Origin: Yuukianura sp. NJ FZ-2021
Taxonomy: Eukaryota
NCBI GenBank assembly: GCA_046563655.1
Contig: CM102285.1
Location: 2,976,001-3,040,000 of the forward strand
Length of the DNA: 64,000 nt
Direction: 5' to 3'
Part shown: piece by piece, positions 52,668 through 64,000 of the stretch
Layout: each line of letters opens with the position of its first letter
Position numbering within the stretch: the first letter of the stretch is position 1
Position numbers and translations under genes: made by a program
Notes under the pieces: model-generated
Databases searched by the model: none
Told to the model about the DNA's origin: nothing
Seen by the model: the letters and a program-made list of their open reading frames with translations, nothing else

Positions 52668-53847
52668 TTAGTTAGTCTGTTTCGTTGTGTTTTTCAAATA
52701 CGTATTTCGAAAAAACTGGGTAAAGAGAACGAAGTAGGAAACAGACACGAACGTAGAAGCCAATGCAAAAGTCCAATCCGTTTCGCAATGTTGACCAGAT
52801 AATTTTGTCACCGCGGCAAATAGACTCGTTCCAAAACCCAAAACCATTTGTATGATTTGCATAGACGTAATTCCTTGAGATATCACTGGAGCCACCCGAA
52901 TGTTGAGAGCCTATAATACAAAAACGAATAATAGTTTCACAACTTAACTTAAATAATAGAGGCTTAGTCGAGGAGGTGTTGTTAGCTTTAGGCACGAGGA
53001 GAAACGGAGTACGGAATCTAGCTTAAACCGTTCCTTGGTTCCACCAAAGGTAGGTTAACTTGCGCTTTGTTAAATATTTTTTCTTAATTACTAAACATTC
53101 ATTTAACTGACACGTTTTGCAAAATTGTTAAAATTTACCCGGACAGCGTAGTATGAGTACATTACGGAGTGGACGGTGTAATTGAGAGCACAAAACCATG
53201 CAGAAATGGAGCCGTATGAATGATGAAACATCCAACACATCCAGAAAACGCTCGTGTGGTGATACCTGCATTGTAAAATGGTAAATGAGGCAAATTATAT
53301 GTAGAATTAACCTTACAGTTATAATTTTTACCAGTGCAAAAAAATAAGCGGACGTTTTCGAAGAACAATGAAAACAGTGTCGCCGAATTCCAAAGCTTTA
53401 CTCAAAGCAAACAGCAAGCGCCAATATCTGAAAGATGCTGACCAATGGTCACTGTAACAAAATACCAAAAGATGACTTAGTTTGTCGTAACAACATTACT
53501 AATTCCATACTAAATATTTTTTGCAAGAATGTACAAAAACAAAATGCATTTTCATTAACTTACTTGAGGCATACGGAAGTGTACAAGGGATTGCTAGTTT
53601 GAAACAGTCCAGCGATTTCCGGCAGAGTGTTTACTGCTCCAAACATACTGAATACTGCTAAAAATGCATTCCAGAGGAACAGAGTTGCTTTTAGGTCATA
53701 GGCTTTACGATGTCGCATTCGACGTTGCGCCAAGTAAATCCCAGTCAGGTACACACCAATGAGTGAGTACACGACAGCATTTCGGTTGGAGGAAAACCAC
53801 TCCCGCCATCTATGTTCTACTGCATGGTCAAATGTCCATAAATCCAT
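52668..53847 (-). CDS. ELOVL6: ELOVL6/3-subfamily elongase, copy c; 4 exons
   Basis: Exon 1 53847-53564 (284 nt). [38 protein letters not shown] and ITSMQIIQM are recovered after GT-AG splicing. Confidence 0.92.
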
Positions 53848-54407
53848 ACTTTCTTTACCGCAACAAAACTGATTAACGATTTGTTACTTTTCACTGGCCT
53901 AAACCACAAAACCATGTGAAATCCAAAAACGTGCAAAATTAAAGCATAAAAAGCTTTTAAATCATGTTTTTGGGAAAAAATTTGAGGAGAAGAGAACTTC
54001 TGGTGTTGGTGTTATAACGGCGTTGAATTCCCTACACTAAAATAAACTTTAGTACACAAATTCGATAATTTTTACAAACCTGTCAAAGAATCGCGTAGTT
54101 ACTCGACTAGGTTAGCTAGTATAATGTTAGCCATGCTAAGTATAAATTAAGTAGAGTAGGATTAAGTTATAGTAATAATATGATATGAGTACCTTTTATT
54201 CTAAATCGGTGATATTTTGGAATAGGTTAGATAATTGTTTAAATAGAAACTTTTACTCAATTTCAAAATGAACTCAAAAAAACACTTTTTGAAAACCAAC
54301 TAAAACTTTAGCCAAAACGAAAAATGAAGACTAGCAACATACATAGATTATTACTAGCTTAATTAGACTAAGACCACATTCGTGGGTTCTAATTAAGATT
54401 TGGTAAG

Positions 54408-54751
54408 AACTTGTCCAACGGGAACGTACAGAACAACGTATCTAACTTGCAGACGCGTCACTTTTAACGCCGACGATAGGTAAATGCTGAAACAAATGAC
54501 CGCGAATTTGAGAAAGGATTCAATATACAAGAAATTCGTATTAGTCAAGAATAAAGCATAAATTGAAATTGTAATGTTTAATTCTAATTTCGCTAGTAAT
54601 TTTAACATGCGCCTCGTGAATAGGTTATTTCTAGAACAAAATCAGTGAAGCCTGAAGTCACAAGTTTTGGTGCATACATAGACTCTGATCTAATCTACTT
54701 TTCCATAAAGGTTTGCATCACATGATGGAAATTTCTCAATTTGGAATTCTG
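54408..54751 (+). pseudogene. Truncated duplicate of the 3' end and 3' flank of the DUF4789-like gene
   Basis: 54409-54483 reads TCPTGTYRTTYLTCRRVTFNADDR*, against TCPRGTYTTRYLTCRRVIFNADDW* at 51942-52016. Nucleotide similarity continues to about 54751 versus 52288. No upstream exons are present. Confidence 0.85.
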
Positions 54752-55216
54752 AACCCTGAAAACTGAAACTTAGTTGAACATTTAACTTTTAAAAACAACA
54801 CACTGATTAAATTTATCACAACTACTCCGTGTTCCAGAATATTCTATATATTCTACAAGCAGGAGTTTAGTCGTAAATGCCTAGAAGTCTTGAGTGTTCT
54901 AACGGAACAATTGAAGTTGATAAAGAGCAAACACTTGTTGAACGACAAGATAATTACCAGTGCAGTGTGAGATAGCTTTCATGTATAAATCTCTTGTCCA
55001 AGTGTTGTTTCAGTTTCTTTGGTTTCCAGTGGCCAGATATTTTAAACCATATGAAAACATTCCTGAACAATTACTAAATAGGAATTTTTACAAGTTCAAT
55101 AGGCTATTAAGTAAGAAAAAAAAAGTCGCCACATTTTTGAACTCTTGCACTTATTCCATATTGGAACAAAAAATCAAACGCTTCCCAATTAGAAATAGTT
55201 CTTTTAGTTTTGTAAA

Positions 55217-56497
55217 ATGGAAAAGTCAAGGGTAGAAGAAGTGATTGGTGAGTCTGTGACAGAGTTCGAAGTATCTCCAGGATGCAAAAACGGAGACGGA
55301 ATGGCGGGAAAACTAACTTCAATTTACGCCAAAACAACTTCAGGAAAAGAACTTCGGTTGGTTCTAAAAGAAGTGGATAAAAGTTCACCAATGGGCGGTG
55401 AGCAGGCAGAGGGCGGATCATTCAAAACTGAAAACATGGTTTACTCCAAGCTCATTCCAAAGTTGACCGAATTTGCAAAAAGTCGCGGCGTTGAAGTTCA
55501 AATTCCAGTTCCAAAGATTCAATCAACATACCAAGGAACGGAAACATTAGACGATTACATTTGCATGGAAGATGTTCGATATCAAGACTACAAGATGACG
55601 GACAAGTATGCCGGACTCAGCCTGGACGAAATGCTGATTGTCATGACCGAACTGGCAAGATTTCATGCTCTTGGGCATGCGCTGATCAGATGGGAAGGAG
55701 AAAAGATCTTCACAGAGTCACTTGCTACACTAGTTGAGTTCTTCAGTGTAGATACTTTTGCTGAAGAAATTCACCATCCAAAATTTGAAAGTTTTTACAG
55801 CATTCTACAAGGAGGTTTGCAAATTGCTGTAGAAGTTTTGGAAGGTCGAAATCCAAAGTTACATGAAAAATTGAAAAAACATGTCGAAAAAATTTCTGGA
55901 CCGAAAATAAATCGGGACGAACTTTACGGAATTTCAACTGGAACGGATTTCAAATACTTTCCAGTCATTGTGCATGGAGATGCTTGGCAAAATAACTTTA
56001 TGTTCAAGTACGACAAAAATGGAGTTCCGACTTCCGTCAAATTTCTTGATTTTCAATTCACCCGCCGTGGAAATTTGTATGAAGATTTGTTGTACACTGT
56101 ACACACATCTACTACACCAGAATTTAGACGTCTTCATCTTCCCACCATTCTGCAAAAATACTACGATTCGTTCACTTCGTTGCTCAAACAACTCAAAATT
56201 CATCGTCCAATTGGATTTACATTTGGATCATTTTTGGACACGTTTCGTGAAAATACTATCTTTTGTTATCGGTACATGACATTTGCAATTCCACTTCAAC
56301 TGGGAACTTCAATTCCAGATGTAATGGCCATGATGATGCAACAGAATCCAGGCATGCCTCCTCCAGCAGATCCAACTCCAGAAGAAAAGATGCAAATGTT
56401 TATGGGAATCATGCGCGTCCAGATCAACACTAGCCCAAGGGCTATAGATCGTCTTGAAGCATTGACACAGGAAATGGTAGATTTAAGTATCTTGTAA
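55217..56497 (+). CDS. Ecdysteroid kinase-like (EcKL/DUF227, choline-kinase-like) small-molecule kinase, single exon, 426 aa
   Basis: Motifs GDGMAG, LVLK, FKTENMVYSKLIP, YICMED, ELARFHA, Brenner motif VIVHGDAWQNNFMF, VKFLDFQ and DLLY. Confidence 0.92.
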   Translation: MEKSRVEEVIGESVTEFEVSPGCKNGDGMAGKLTSIYAKTTSGKELRLVLKEVDKSSPMGGEQAEGGSFKTENMVYSKLIPKLTEFAKSRGVEVQIPVPKIQSTYQGTETLDDYICMEDVRYQDYKMTDKYAGLSLDEMLIVMTELARFHALGHALIRWEGEKIFTESLATLVEFFSVDTFAEEIHHPKFESFYSILQGGLQIAVEVLEGRNPKLHEKLKKHVEKISGPKINRDELYGISTGTDFKYFPVIVHGDAWQNNFMFKYDKNGVPTSVKFLDFQFTRRGNLYEDLLYTVHTSTTPEFRRLHLPTILQKYYDSFTSLLKQLKIHRPIGFTFGSFLDTFRENTIFCYRYMTFAIPLQLGTSIPDVMAMMMQQNPGMPPPADPTPEEKMQMFMGIMRVQINTSPRAIDRLEALTQEMVDLSIL

Positions 56498-57784
56498 CCT
56501 TAGTAATTCTAATTAGGTTAATGGTAACATCTTAACATGTTAAGATAAATAAATGTTTCGATGTTTGACAAAGTTTCCATGGGTTAATGACGTTGTCCAA
56601 ATTCATTTCGGCAGTGATAATTTCAAAAAAAAAGCGGGAAAACATTTGCTTAGTAGCGTCTAGCACATTTGCTGATTCCAACATTTTTAAATTTTTGCTC
56701 CAAAATATTTATCTAGGGCGATTTTTCAACACGATTTTGAATCTATTGATTTTCTAGGAACAAATTTTTTTGTTGCTAGAACGAATGAGCTCCCCTTGCT
56801 TCTGAAGAACGACACTTGTTAGGTAGAAGTTTTTTATGTATTGGCATGCTTCGACATTAGCTCACGTCAATTTAAATCTTCGCGCTTGCTCTTCAATAGA
56901 ATTAGATGAAGATTGAGACAGTAATCAGGAAGTTTCTAAAAATAGTGCTCACAGTGATAACGGCAACTTCCGCCAGTACTTGAGGCTTGATGTGGCAGGA
57001 AGTTGCCTCTACTTTCAGGAAGAAGAAAACTGCCTCAACTTGTAACTTGCAGAAAACTGCTTGCTGCTTCTCAATGTGAAGGGACACTTGAATTTGAATG
57101 TGAATTCACACAGTAATTCTCTACTATAAATGTAAATCTTCACAATCGTTGTAGTACCCTATGTGAATGTAAATTCTGCAAAAGTTCTAATATTTTCCGC
57201 GTTTTCAGACTTCTGAAATAAGATTAATTTTTTCTTTTTAATTTTCAAAGTGAAGTCGAAGCTTATCTCCGGCTCTTGTTTATGACTGTTCCTGATTGGC
57301 TGTTGATTTTGAAAACGACTCAAGCAGAATTTGCAAAAATTATTATCGATAAAAGTACTAACGAAACAGTGGAGAAGATGGAGAAACTTATTAGGAAGGC
57401 AAAATAAGTTTTATTCCGATTTATCATTCCCATTGTTAATTTTCTGGGGCTCTTTAACATTTAAGTTCGAATTCTTTTTCTTTGCTACAACTCGCTGGGA
57501 TTAAATTCTAAATCTAGTTTAAGTGAAGGGTGTAATAAATTTATTTTTAAGTTCTTTTGTTCAGAATCCGACATCCACACAGCTCTTGAACTAATGTTCT
57601 TTTGTTTTTATAATCTTTTCAAATTAGGAGGCGTTCTACATACTACTTTGATGTTCTCTGATTTTCGCAAGGTCGATTACTTATCGACTTTACTTAACGC
57701 ATTAGAACTCGAGCCTTTTTAGTTTTCCGTGAAGCTACAAGTTTTAGCTTACTTAGTAGGTACCTACAGTTGTGAATTTACAAG

Positions 57785-58449
57785 ATGGGTTGGAAACAAC
57801 TAGTTGTATTTCTGTTGTTGCTAATTTTGGGAGTTGTGCAGTTTGGATTTGCATATACGCTCGATGTTGTCCCTATAGAAGTACTGGAAGCGGACTTAGG
57901 TGACGATATTACGGTGAACAAATTTCGAAATTACTTTTTAGGAAAAAAAAAATTCATGAAATTGGTATTTTAAATTTTCTGACTGAACGTTTGCATGAGA
58001 AGGTAGGGGGTGTAAAACCTTCATCATGGTTGACGACATCCAACTCAGAATCCCAACAAACGACACCACCAGCATCAGCTTCAACAAAATCGGAGAGTCG
58101 ATCCGTCGGAGCTGCTGAACCTGAAAAAAGGAAAACAAGTGGCAAATTTGACGGGTTTCCTGTATCTTTGACTGCGGACTTAAGTTCGACTCATTTGGTT
58201 AACAAACTTTGAATTATGTTAGTACATAACAAAATTCAAGAAATTTTTATTTTGACTGAGCGTTTTTATGAGTAGGTAGGGGGTGGCGCATCTGTATCAT
58301 GGTTGACGACATCCATCCTTCCATCGGAATTCGAACAAACAGCACCAGAAACAACTTCAAGAAGATCGGCCGCTCGATTTGTCGGAGCTGCTGAACCCGA
58401 AAGAAAGAAAAAAGTCGGCGGAGTTGGCGGGTTTGATCAACCGAACTGA
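57785..58449 (+). CDS. Orphan secreted Ser/Thr-rich protein, about 165 aa, with a duplicated exon
   Basis: Exon 1 57785-57913 encodes a signal peptide (MGWKQLVVFLLLLILGVVQFGFA). Exons 58003-58197 and 58276-58449 are phase-0 paralogous copies (VGG..SWLTTS...VGAAEPE[KR][RK]K) with synonymous changes in this frame. Confidence 0.6.
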
Positions 58450-59117
58450 TGTTAAATCGAAAGCAACCAGTGTGTCCTCAAGTTCTATAAGTTTATCCTG
58501 CAGAAATGCTTAAAGTTATGCATTTCTAGTTTAGATGTAAATCATATTCCAACTTGCTAGCAACACTAACCTATTTATTGTATACTAGAACTGTAAAAAG
58601 AACTAGGTTGCAGCGTTTTTTTTTCTTCCACCGAATCGGTTTTAAGCAACGACGAGCATCAAGGCACTCTATACGCTCTCGTGTTTTTAATTTTAACATT
58701 GTGCCAACAAATTTTCCTTATGCCTGAACCACGTTGCTTCCTGAGGCAAATTAGCCAATTGTAGTCATACCTATTGTTGCTTCAAGCGATTGAATATCAA
58801 CATGTTGTATTTTATGAAGAAAACTAACTTAATTGTCCCGAATTCACATTTTTATTTTCAGATCCGAGAAAAAATTTACTATCATTGATAACTCCGATTT
58901 TCTAATTTTTTACAGATATCGATCCTATGCCGCCTCAGTTTAAAGGTATATACTTTTTTGACAAACTACCAATAATTCCGAACTTTCACAAAACTTTGAA
59001 AATGGGAAATATGAGAGAACAAGAGACTCTTTAAAAAAATTAAGGAATGGTTGCGTCTTTATTTTTTCTCTAGTATATTGTTTAATTCGGTTAAGTACGT
59101 CGTGTTTTCAATACCTT

Positions 59118-60638
59118 TCAGCCAAGAAGTTCATCCATTGGGCAAGTGTCTGCCATGTGCCGGAGGAACATCGCTTTTGCACCGAGTGCAACTGACGTCA
59201 AGTGGATTAAGCACGACTCCTCCCCAAAGCCTCCACGACTCCCAATATACGGCACTTTAATGGCTATGTCCGTTGTACGCGTAGTTCCATAAAGATCAGG
59301 AATACAGCCGACTTGGTTGTCGGATTCCCAGGACATTATTTCATGAAACCAATCACGACGCATGAAGTCGTTAAATCCCGCCATTCCACAGAAAGCCACT
59401 TAAGTAAAAATAACACAAGATTTATATAAAAAAAAATTAAGTATCGAGTTGAAATGGACAACAAAATTTGAACAGCGTAAATATTTACAGATCTTTGTAA
59501 ATATTGAAATGGGTTACCCTGCTCGGCAAACAAATCTCGATAACGAACCGGAAAAGAGTGGCTCGCGATATACTCTGCTTCCAAATACGCTTTTCCACAC
59601 AGCTTCCTTACAAAATCTTCTCGGTTTTTTAAAAGCGGGTTGCTGCTTGTGCAAGACTTCTGCAAATTGCAAGTTCAAGAGTTCAAAGTATTTGCATTTG
59701 AACACTAGGAACTGTATAAGGTAAATTTAAAAATATAACAACTGTAGTTGAATGTTACTTGATTTGCAAAATGCAGCAGCAGAATCTGATGGAGGAGCAT
59801 GTACTGGGAGTACGGTTGCTCCAAGTACATTTTCTCACATACAAATGGAACTCGACATTCCTTTACCATTGCAACAAGGCATTGAAAATCAAGGAACGGA
59901 TAAATGACTTCTTTTTCGTTTCCGATTTCCAAAAATTGTTTTCGTAAAGCGCTTAGATCCTGAATTGACGTCCATTTTTTGAAGTCGGTGTGAAGTACAT
60001 CAGAGTTGTTAAGAAATACTTCGATACCTGTTGAATAATGATAATAAAATGGTTAATGAAAATGGTAACCACGCGCTGGCATATATTCATGCATTTAGAA
60101 AGTCTATGAATACCGTGTACAATCGCTGGGTTCTTTTCAGCGTCTTTTGCCAACTCTAAGATTGTTCTTGCTACTTCTTTTAACGGTTTTTTGGATGACT
60201 TTAAAATTTCACTGATAGATCGCTTCATCAATTTTGACTTGCTGTACTTTTTGAGGTGTTTCAATTGCCCTAATTCGTATATTTTGGAAATTAATGACCT
60301 ATCATTATTCATTAATGATTAATGGAAATTAATTTCCAAATTGGAAATTAGGAAACTCAATTTGCACTTTTTTGGATTTTAATCATACCTATGAGGATAT
60401 CCAAGCCAAATCCGCCATCTTGTCTCCGCTTTAACTGATGAGTGTTTGTACTGTAGAAATTTACGGTCCTTTTTACCGAAGTTAGCAGTTGTTGGACATC
60501 CGCTTTGGTGTACAGACAGTGCTCATAGTCTTCATATTTTCGCAGAGGAGGCTGAAACCACAGTGGAGAACGTTTTTCCCGTCCTGGAAACATATTTCTT
60601 TGTTCCTCCATAGCTGTATCGTCACGTGGAGCATCCAT
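59118..60638 (-). CDS. C16orf89: UPF0764 / C16orf89-like (DUF4735) protein, at least 5 exons; 5' end uncertain
   Basis: Spliced segments LLTSVKRTVNFY...DGGFGLDILIGQL, YSQYMLLHQILL, LCGKAYLEAEYIA...RDLFAEQVAFCGMAGFNDFMRRDWFHEIMSW...GC and CLIHLTSVALGA match the family pattern. The true start may lie upstream in another frame (see findings). Confidence 0.8.
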
Positions 60639-61454
60639 AGGATCGTCACCGTCACATAAAAGAAGACATAAAGCGCAATTTGAGAAGCCCCCTTCAACCT
60701 ACAAATAATTTTACCTTGAAATTCTTTGAACCCAAAGCATTTTGTTTCCATGCAAAACATGATTGAATTAATATTTGAATTACCCGCTGAAGAGGTCCGT
60801 TCTCCCAAGATAGTATCAGGGCGACAACGATTAACATCGACTTCATCATGGTAATGCAATCGCACCTTTGCTAACACCGACTGTTATGTTACTAAATTCC
60901 TTTTTTGATTCCTTCCAAAAATCAATCAGTACTTTGCAACGTTACTCTTTCCTTGGACTATGCTTCAGTCACAAAGTCTTTGAAATTGCCCGCCAATTGT
61001 GTTATTCTTAACTGTAAATGTTTTCATTTTTCCTTGAACAAATTGAATTGTCTTTATTCTTTCGACGATTATCCTTCACATTGAGTTCCGTCCTTGAAGG
61101 TGTCGTATTTCGACTAATGAAATACACTGATCTTATAACAAAATTCGACTGTATCAAACGCAATTCCATTTCCATGATTTAACAGAATTTGGCCATCCGA
61201 AAGCACTGCTTCAACTTTGATCAACTTCGTTTATTTTTAGTTCACTGGTGAAACTGAATACTAGAGGACATGTAGGCAGTATATGACTAAATAAATATTC
61301 GCTGAATTGAAATTTGAATACCTTGAATTGAGTTTTGTTGTTGTACTGCTCTTAGTGTAGTTCTATGATTAGCAATTCACGGTAGAGTGTATATAGTAGT
61401 CTGTTATATTCTAGGTTGAAGATAGAGTTAATTCAATTTTTGACGGCATGTCAA

Positions 61455-64000
61455 CTACACTTTTCGGAAAAACTGGTAGGCAGTGAAAAGAATTGATAGA
61501 AAAGTAGCTGGGGCAAATGATGTGTTGAAGCTGTGAGCTCCATTACACCTCATGCCATAATGTGTCCAGGTAATCTTCACTTCGTCTGGAGTGCTGCAAC
61601 CATCAACTGAAATTGTCATCAAAAATAAAATTTACAGTGCATTGAACTCGTTTCAGATTTTATAACTTTTGAAAAGTGAAAAATGTTCTCCTTTACTTGA
61701 GTTGTCTAGTCCCAGACCTCCAGAAGCTACAGGAACTTCAGTTGCTGTAATTGAAAGGTAAATTGGAATACATCCTTCAGCTTTCTTTTCCGGACACGGT
61801 TTGGTCCACACAAATTCAACATCCTTTATCTTAGATGACGGTTCTGCATAGTTGCCAGAAGTTTCACGACATTCGATTCCACGGTTATAATTTTCTTGAT
61901 CGCTGATGTGAACTGGGTACTGCTCATCGTTGTCTCTGGACATGCAAATTCGGACTTTTCCATTTTTGCTTGTAAACTGAAAAATATTGACAAAATATAA
62001 ATGCATTATTTAAAATAACAAATTACTTATTTAAATTTCCAAAACGTTAAAAAATTACGCGAAGACGGAGGTCGACAGACGTATAGAATTGAGACGGATC
62101 AATTTTGTAGTACTGAATGTTGAGTGTTGGCATAAGGCAAATGTCGTCAGCTACGAGCAGTTCATTACTCTGGTCTGGATATTGATATTCGTTGCATTTT
62201 CCATAAGTTAAACTGCCATGTTGTCCTAAAATGTAATACTTTGTTTTTATACCTTATCATAATTTTTTTAGTTAACAAAAAATTAAGTTTTTTGTTTTTA
62301 AGAAGAATCTCAAAATTTTCATTCGTACTTTTAGTGAATTCCTTTATGAACGTGCCAGTACTGTCAGATAAGTTACCAGACACCGTAGGTTGAATTGGTA
62401 TAAAATTTGCGTCACTCGTGTCCAACATGAACCTTTCAAAGTCCTGTTTTGCAAACTTGCTTGAAGTATATGTAACTTGCACATCTAAAAATTTAATGGA
62501 ACTTTTTCCTTAAAAAGTTAACCGTTGAGCGCAAATTTTGTTTCTTCTTACCGCCCAGGTCTCGTTTATATTCCCGTAGTAGATTCAAAATGTTTTCTCG
62601 TTGCGACTCTTCCAGTTTCTTGGCTTGCACAAATATCAACACTGTGATTCTACTTCCAACTGCCCGCATTTCTCCGCGTCGTATCTTCTCATCTTGAACC
62701 CGCACCAGTTCATTTTTCAGTGTCCTGAGAACTTGTGGCAAGTTCATGGGTTGAAGTCCTGTTCAAATTAATTCTGTATTAGTTCTGCCATAAATTTTAA
62801 GAATGTAATAAAAACATACCTTGTGGTTGTCGAAGCATTCGGCAGGCTAGGATTGGTGCATTGTCTGTCCAATTGGGTGAAATTAGAACTTGCCCGTTAC
62901 GACCATCTACCATGCCAACACGCGATCCAGAAGGCGACACATCAAATTCAAAAGCAAGTTTTCTGAAATGAAAAGTAAAGTCATGAATTCCAATTAAAAT
63001 TTAAAAAATCCTAAAAAATTGATTCATTCATTCATTTTTCATTTTGACAATTTATGCGATGGTGCGAAAATGCTGTATCGATAAAAATTGAGGTAACGTT
63101 GAACAATTTAGCTTACGCAATAAAACGTTGTTGTGCAACCAATTCCTCCCACGTAGTTCCGTGGTCAGGAATTGGATACAGTGTTGTAATTATTTCAGCT
63201 TCCTTTTCTTGATCTGACATAACATAACCGGTAGATGGAGGGCGTCTTGTACACTGCGGATCCGACGCAATTGTGGCTAAAAATATTGTAATGATTTTTT
63301 ATTCCTATATGTTTTAGTAGCAAAAAAATTGTTAGGCCTTTTTAAAGTTAAGTATACTCCAATTATAAGTACTTACATTGAAAACTTTGCATTCTGGAAT
63401 AAGATTGATCAACGAGGTTGACAAAAGCGTTACGCGTTTCCTGAACGACGGGTACTTTCTGAAGTTTCGTGTTGTATAAATAGGCAAACGTTTTTGCCTG
63501 CTCCTTAACAATGTTTTGGTCAATAAGTCCAGGGAAAACGGATGTACGGTCACAGGACCTTGCTGTGTTGTCGCCATAGATACCATCATCGCTGTAGTAC
63601 ATTTCAAGCACTTGGCTTAGAGTAAATCCTCTAGCAAACAAGTCTTGTGCTTTCGTACCAAGAATGATACCTAAAGGAAATTTCGTTGTACATTTAATAG
63701 TTTGAAATTACTTCTAGAATTTATAATTCTATTTTTTTTTGAAATTTTGAGTTTTGCAATTTTGCACATACCGTCCATTCCTCCTCGGATTTCAGCTCCA
63801 GTCATGTAAGACCACGAGTCATGTTCATGTAAGTATGAACTGGTTGGATCTTGCAAAGCATCCAAAATGTACTCACGTGGACAAATGGTATCATTCCAAG
63901 CACCGACCGGCGGCAGAAGATGGCCAATGCGTTGATAGTACTGTCCATTTATAATCGCAGCCTGACCAACATCCCCTACAAATTTTTGTTGTGCAAGAGT
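61455..64000 (-). CDS. Multi-exon extracellular protein: PGLYRP2-N-terminal-like domain, vWA-like domain, Cys-containing region and GPI-type tail; 5' end outside the window
   Basis: In-phase exons give GDVGQAA...GAWNDTICPREYIL...MTGAEIRGGMDGIILG...LSQVLEMYY, then FIAKLAFEFDVSPSGSRVGMVDG...ITVLIFV (vWA-like), and end CNGAHSFNTSFAPATFLSILFTAYQFFRKV* with the stop at 61457-61455. Confidence 0.72.

Overview
AT-rich, intron-containing animal DNA from an arthropod. A springtail (Collembola) is my best inference, from the divergent gustatory-receptor-type genes, EcKL kinase, DUF4789-like protein and microbial-type terpene synthase. I rebuilt the spliced gene models by hand from GT-AG sites and reading phase. 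In order: a partial chemoreceptor, the bHLH gene Oli, an unusual LRR-like-ectodomain class A GPCR, and a ~15 kb gene-poor stretch with MITEs. Then an XK-family gene with a long tail, BLOC1S2, an orphan ORF, an 882-bp fold-back transposon, a lipocalin and two gustatory receptors. Then three tandem ELOVL6-like elongases, an EcKL kinase, an orphan secreted protein, a C16orf89/UPF0764 homologue and a partial PGLYRP2-N-like/vWA GPI-anchored gene. The standout is a microbial-type class I terpene synthase gene (DDxxE, NSE-like and WxxxxxRY motifs; one spliceosomal intron; one frameshift) inside the elongase array. Flanking homologies indicate that ELOVL, terpene synthase and the DUF4789-like gene were duplicated together as one unit, which makes this a candidate animal lipid/terpene biosynthetic cluster beside lipocalin and chemoreceptor genes. 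All family calls rest on motif recognition by eye; no database searches were run.
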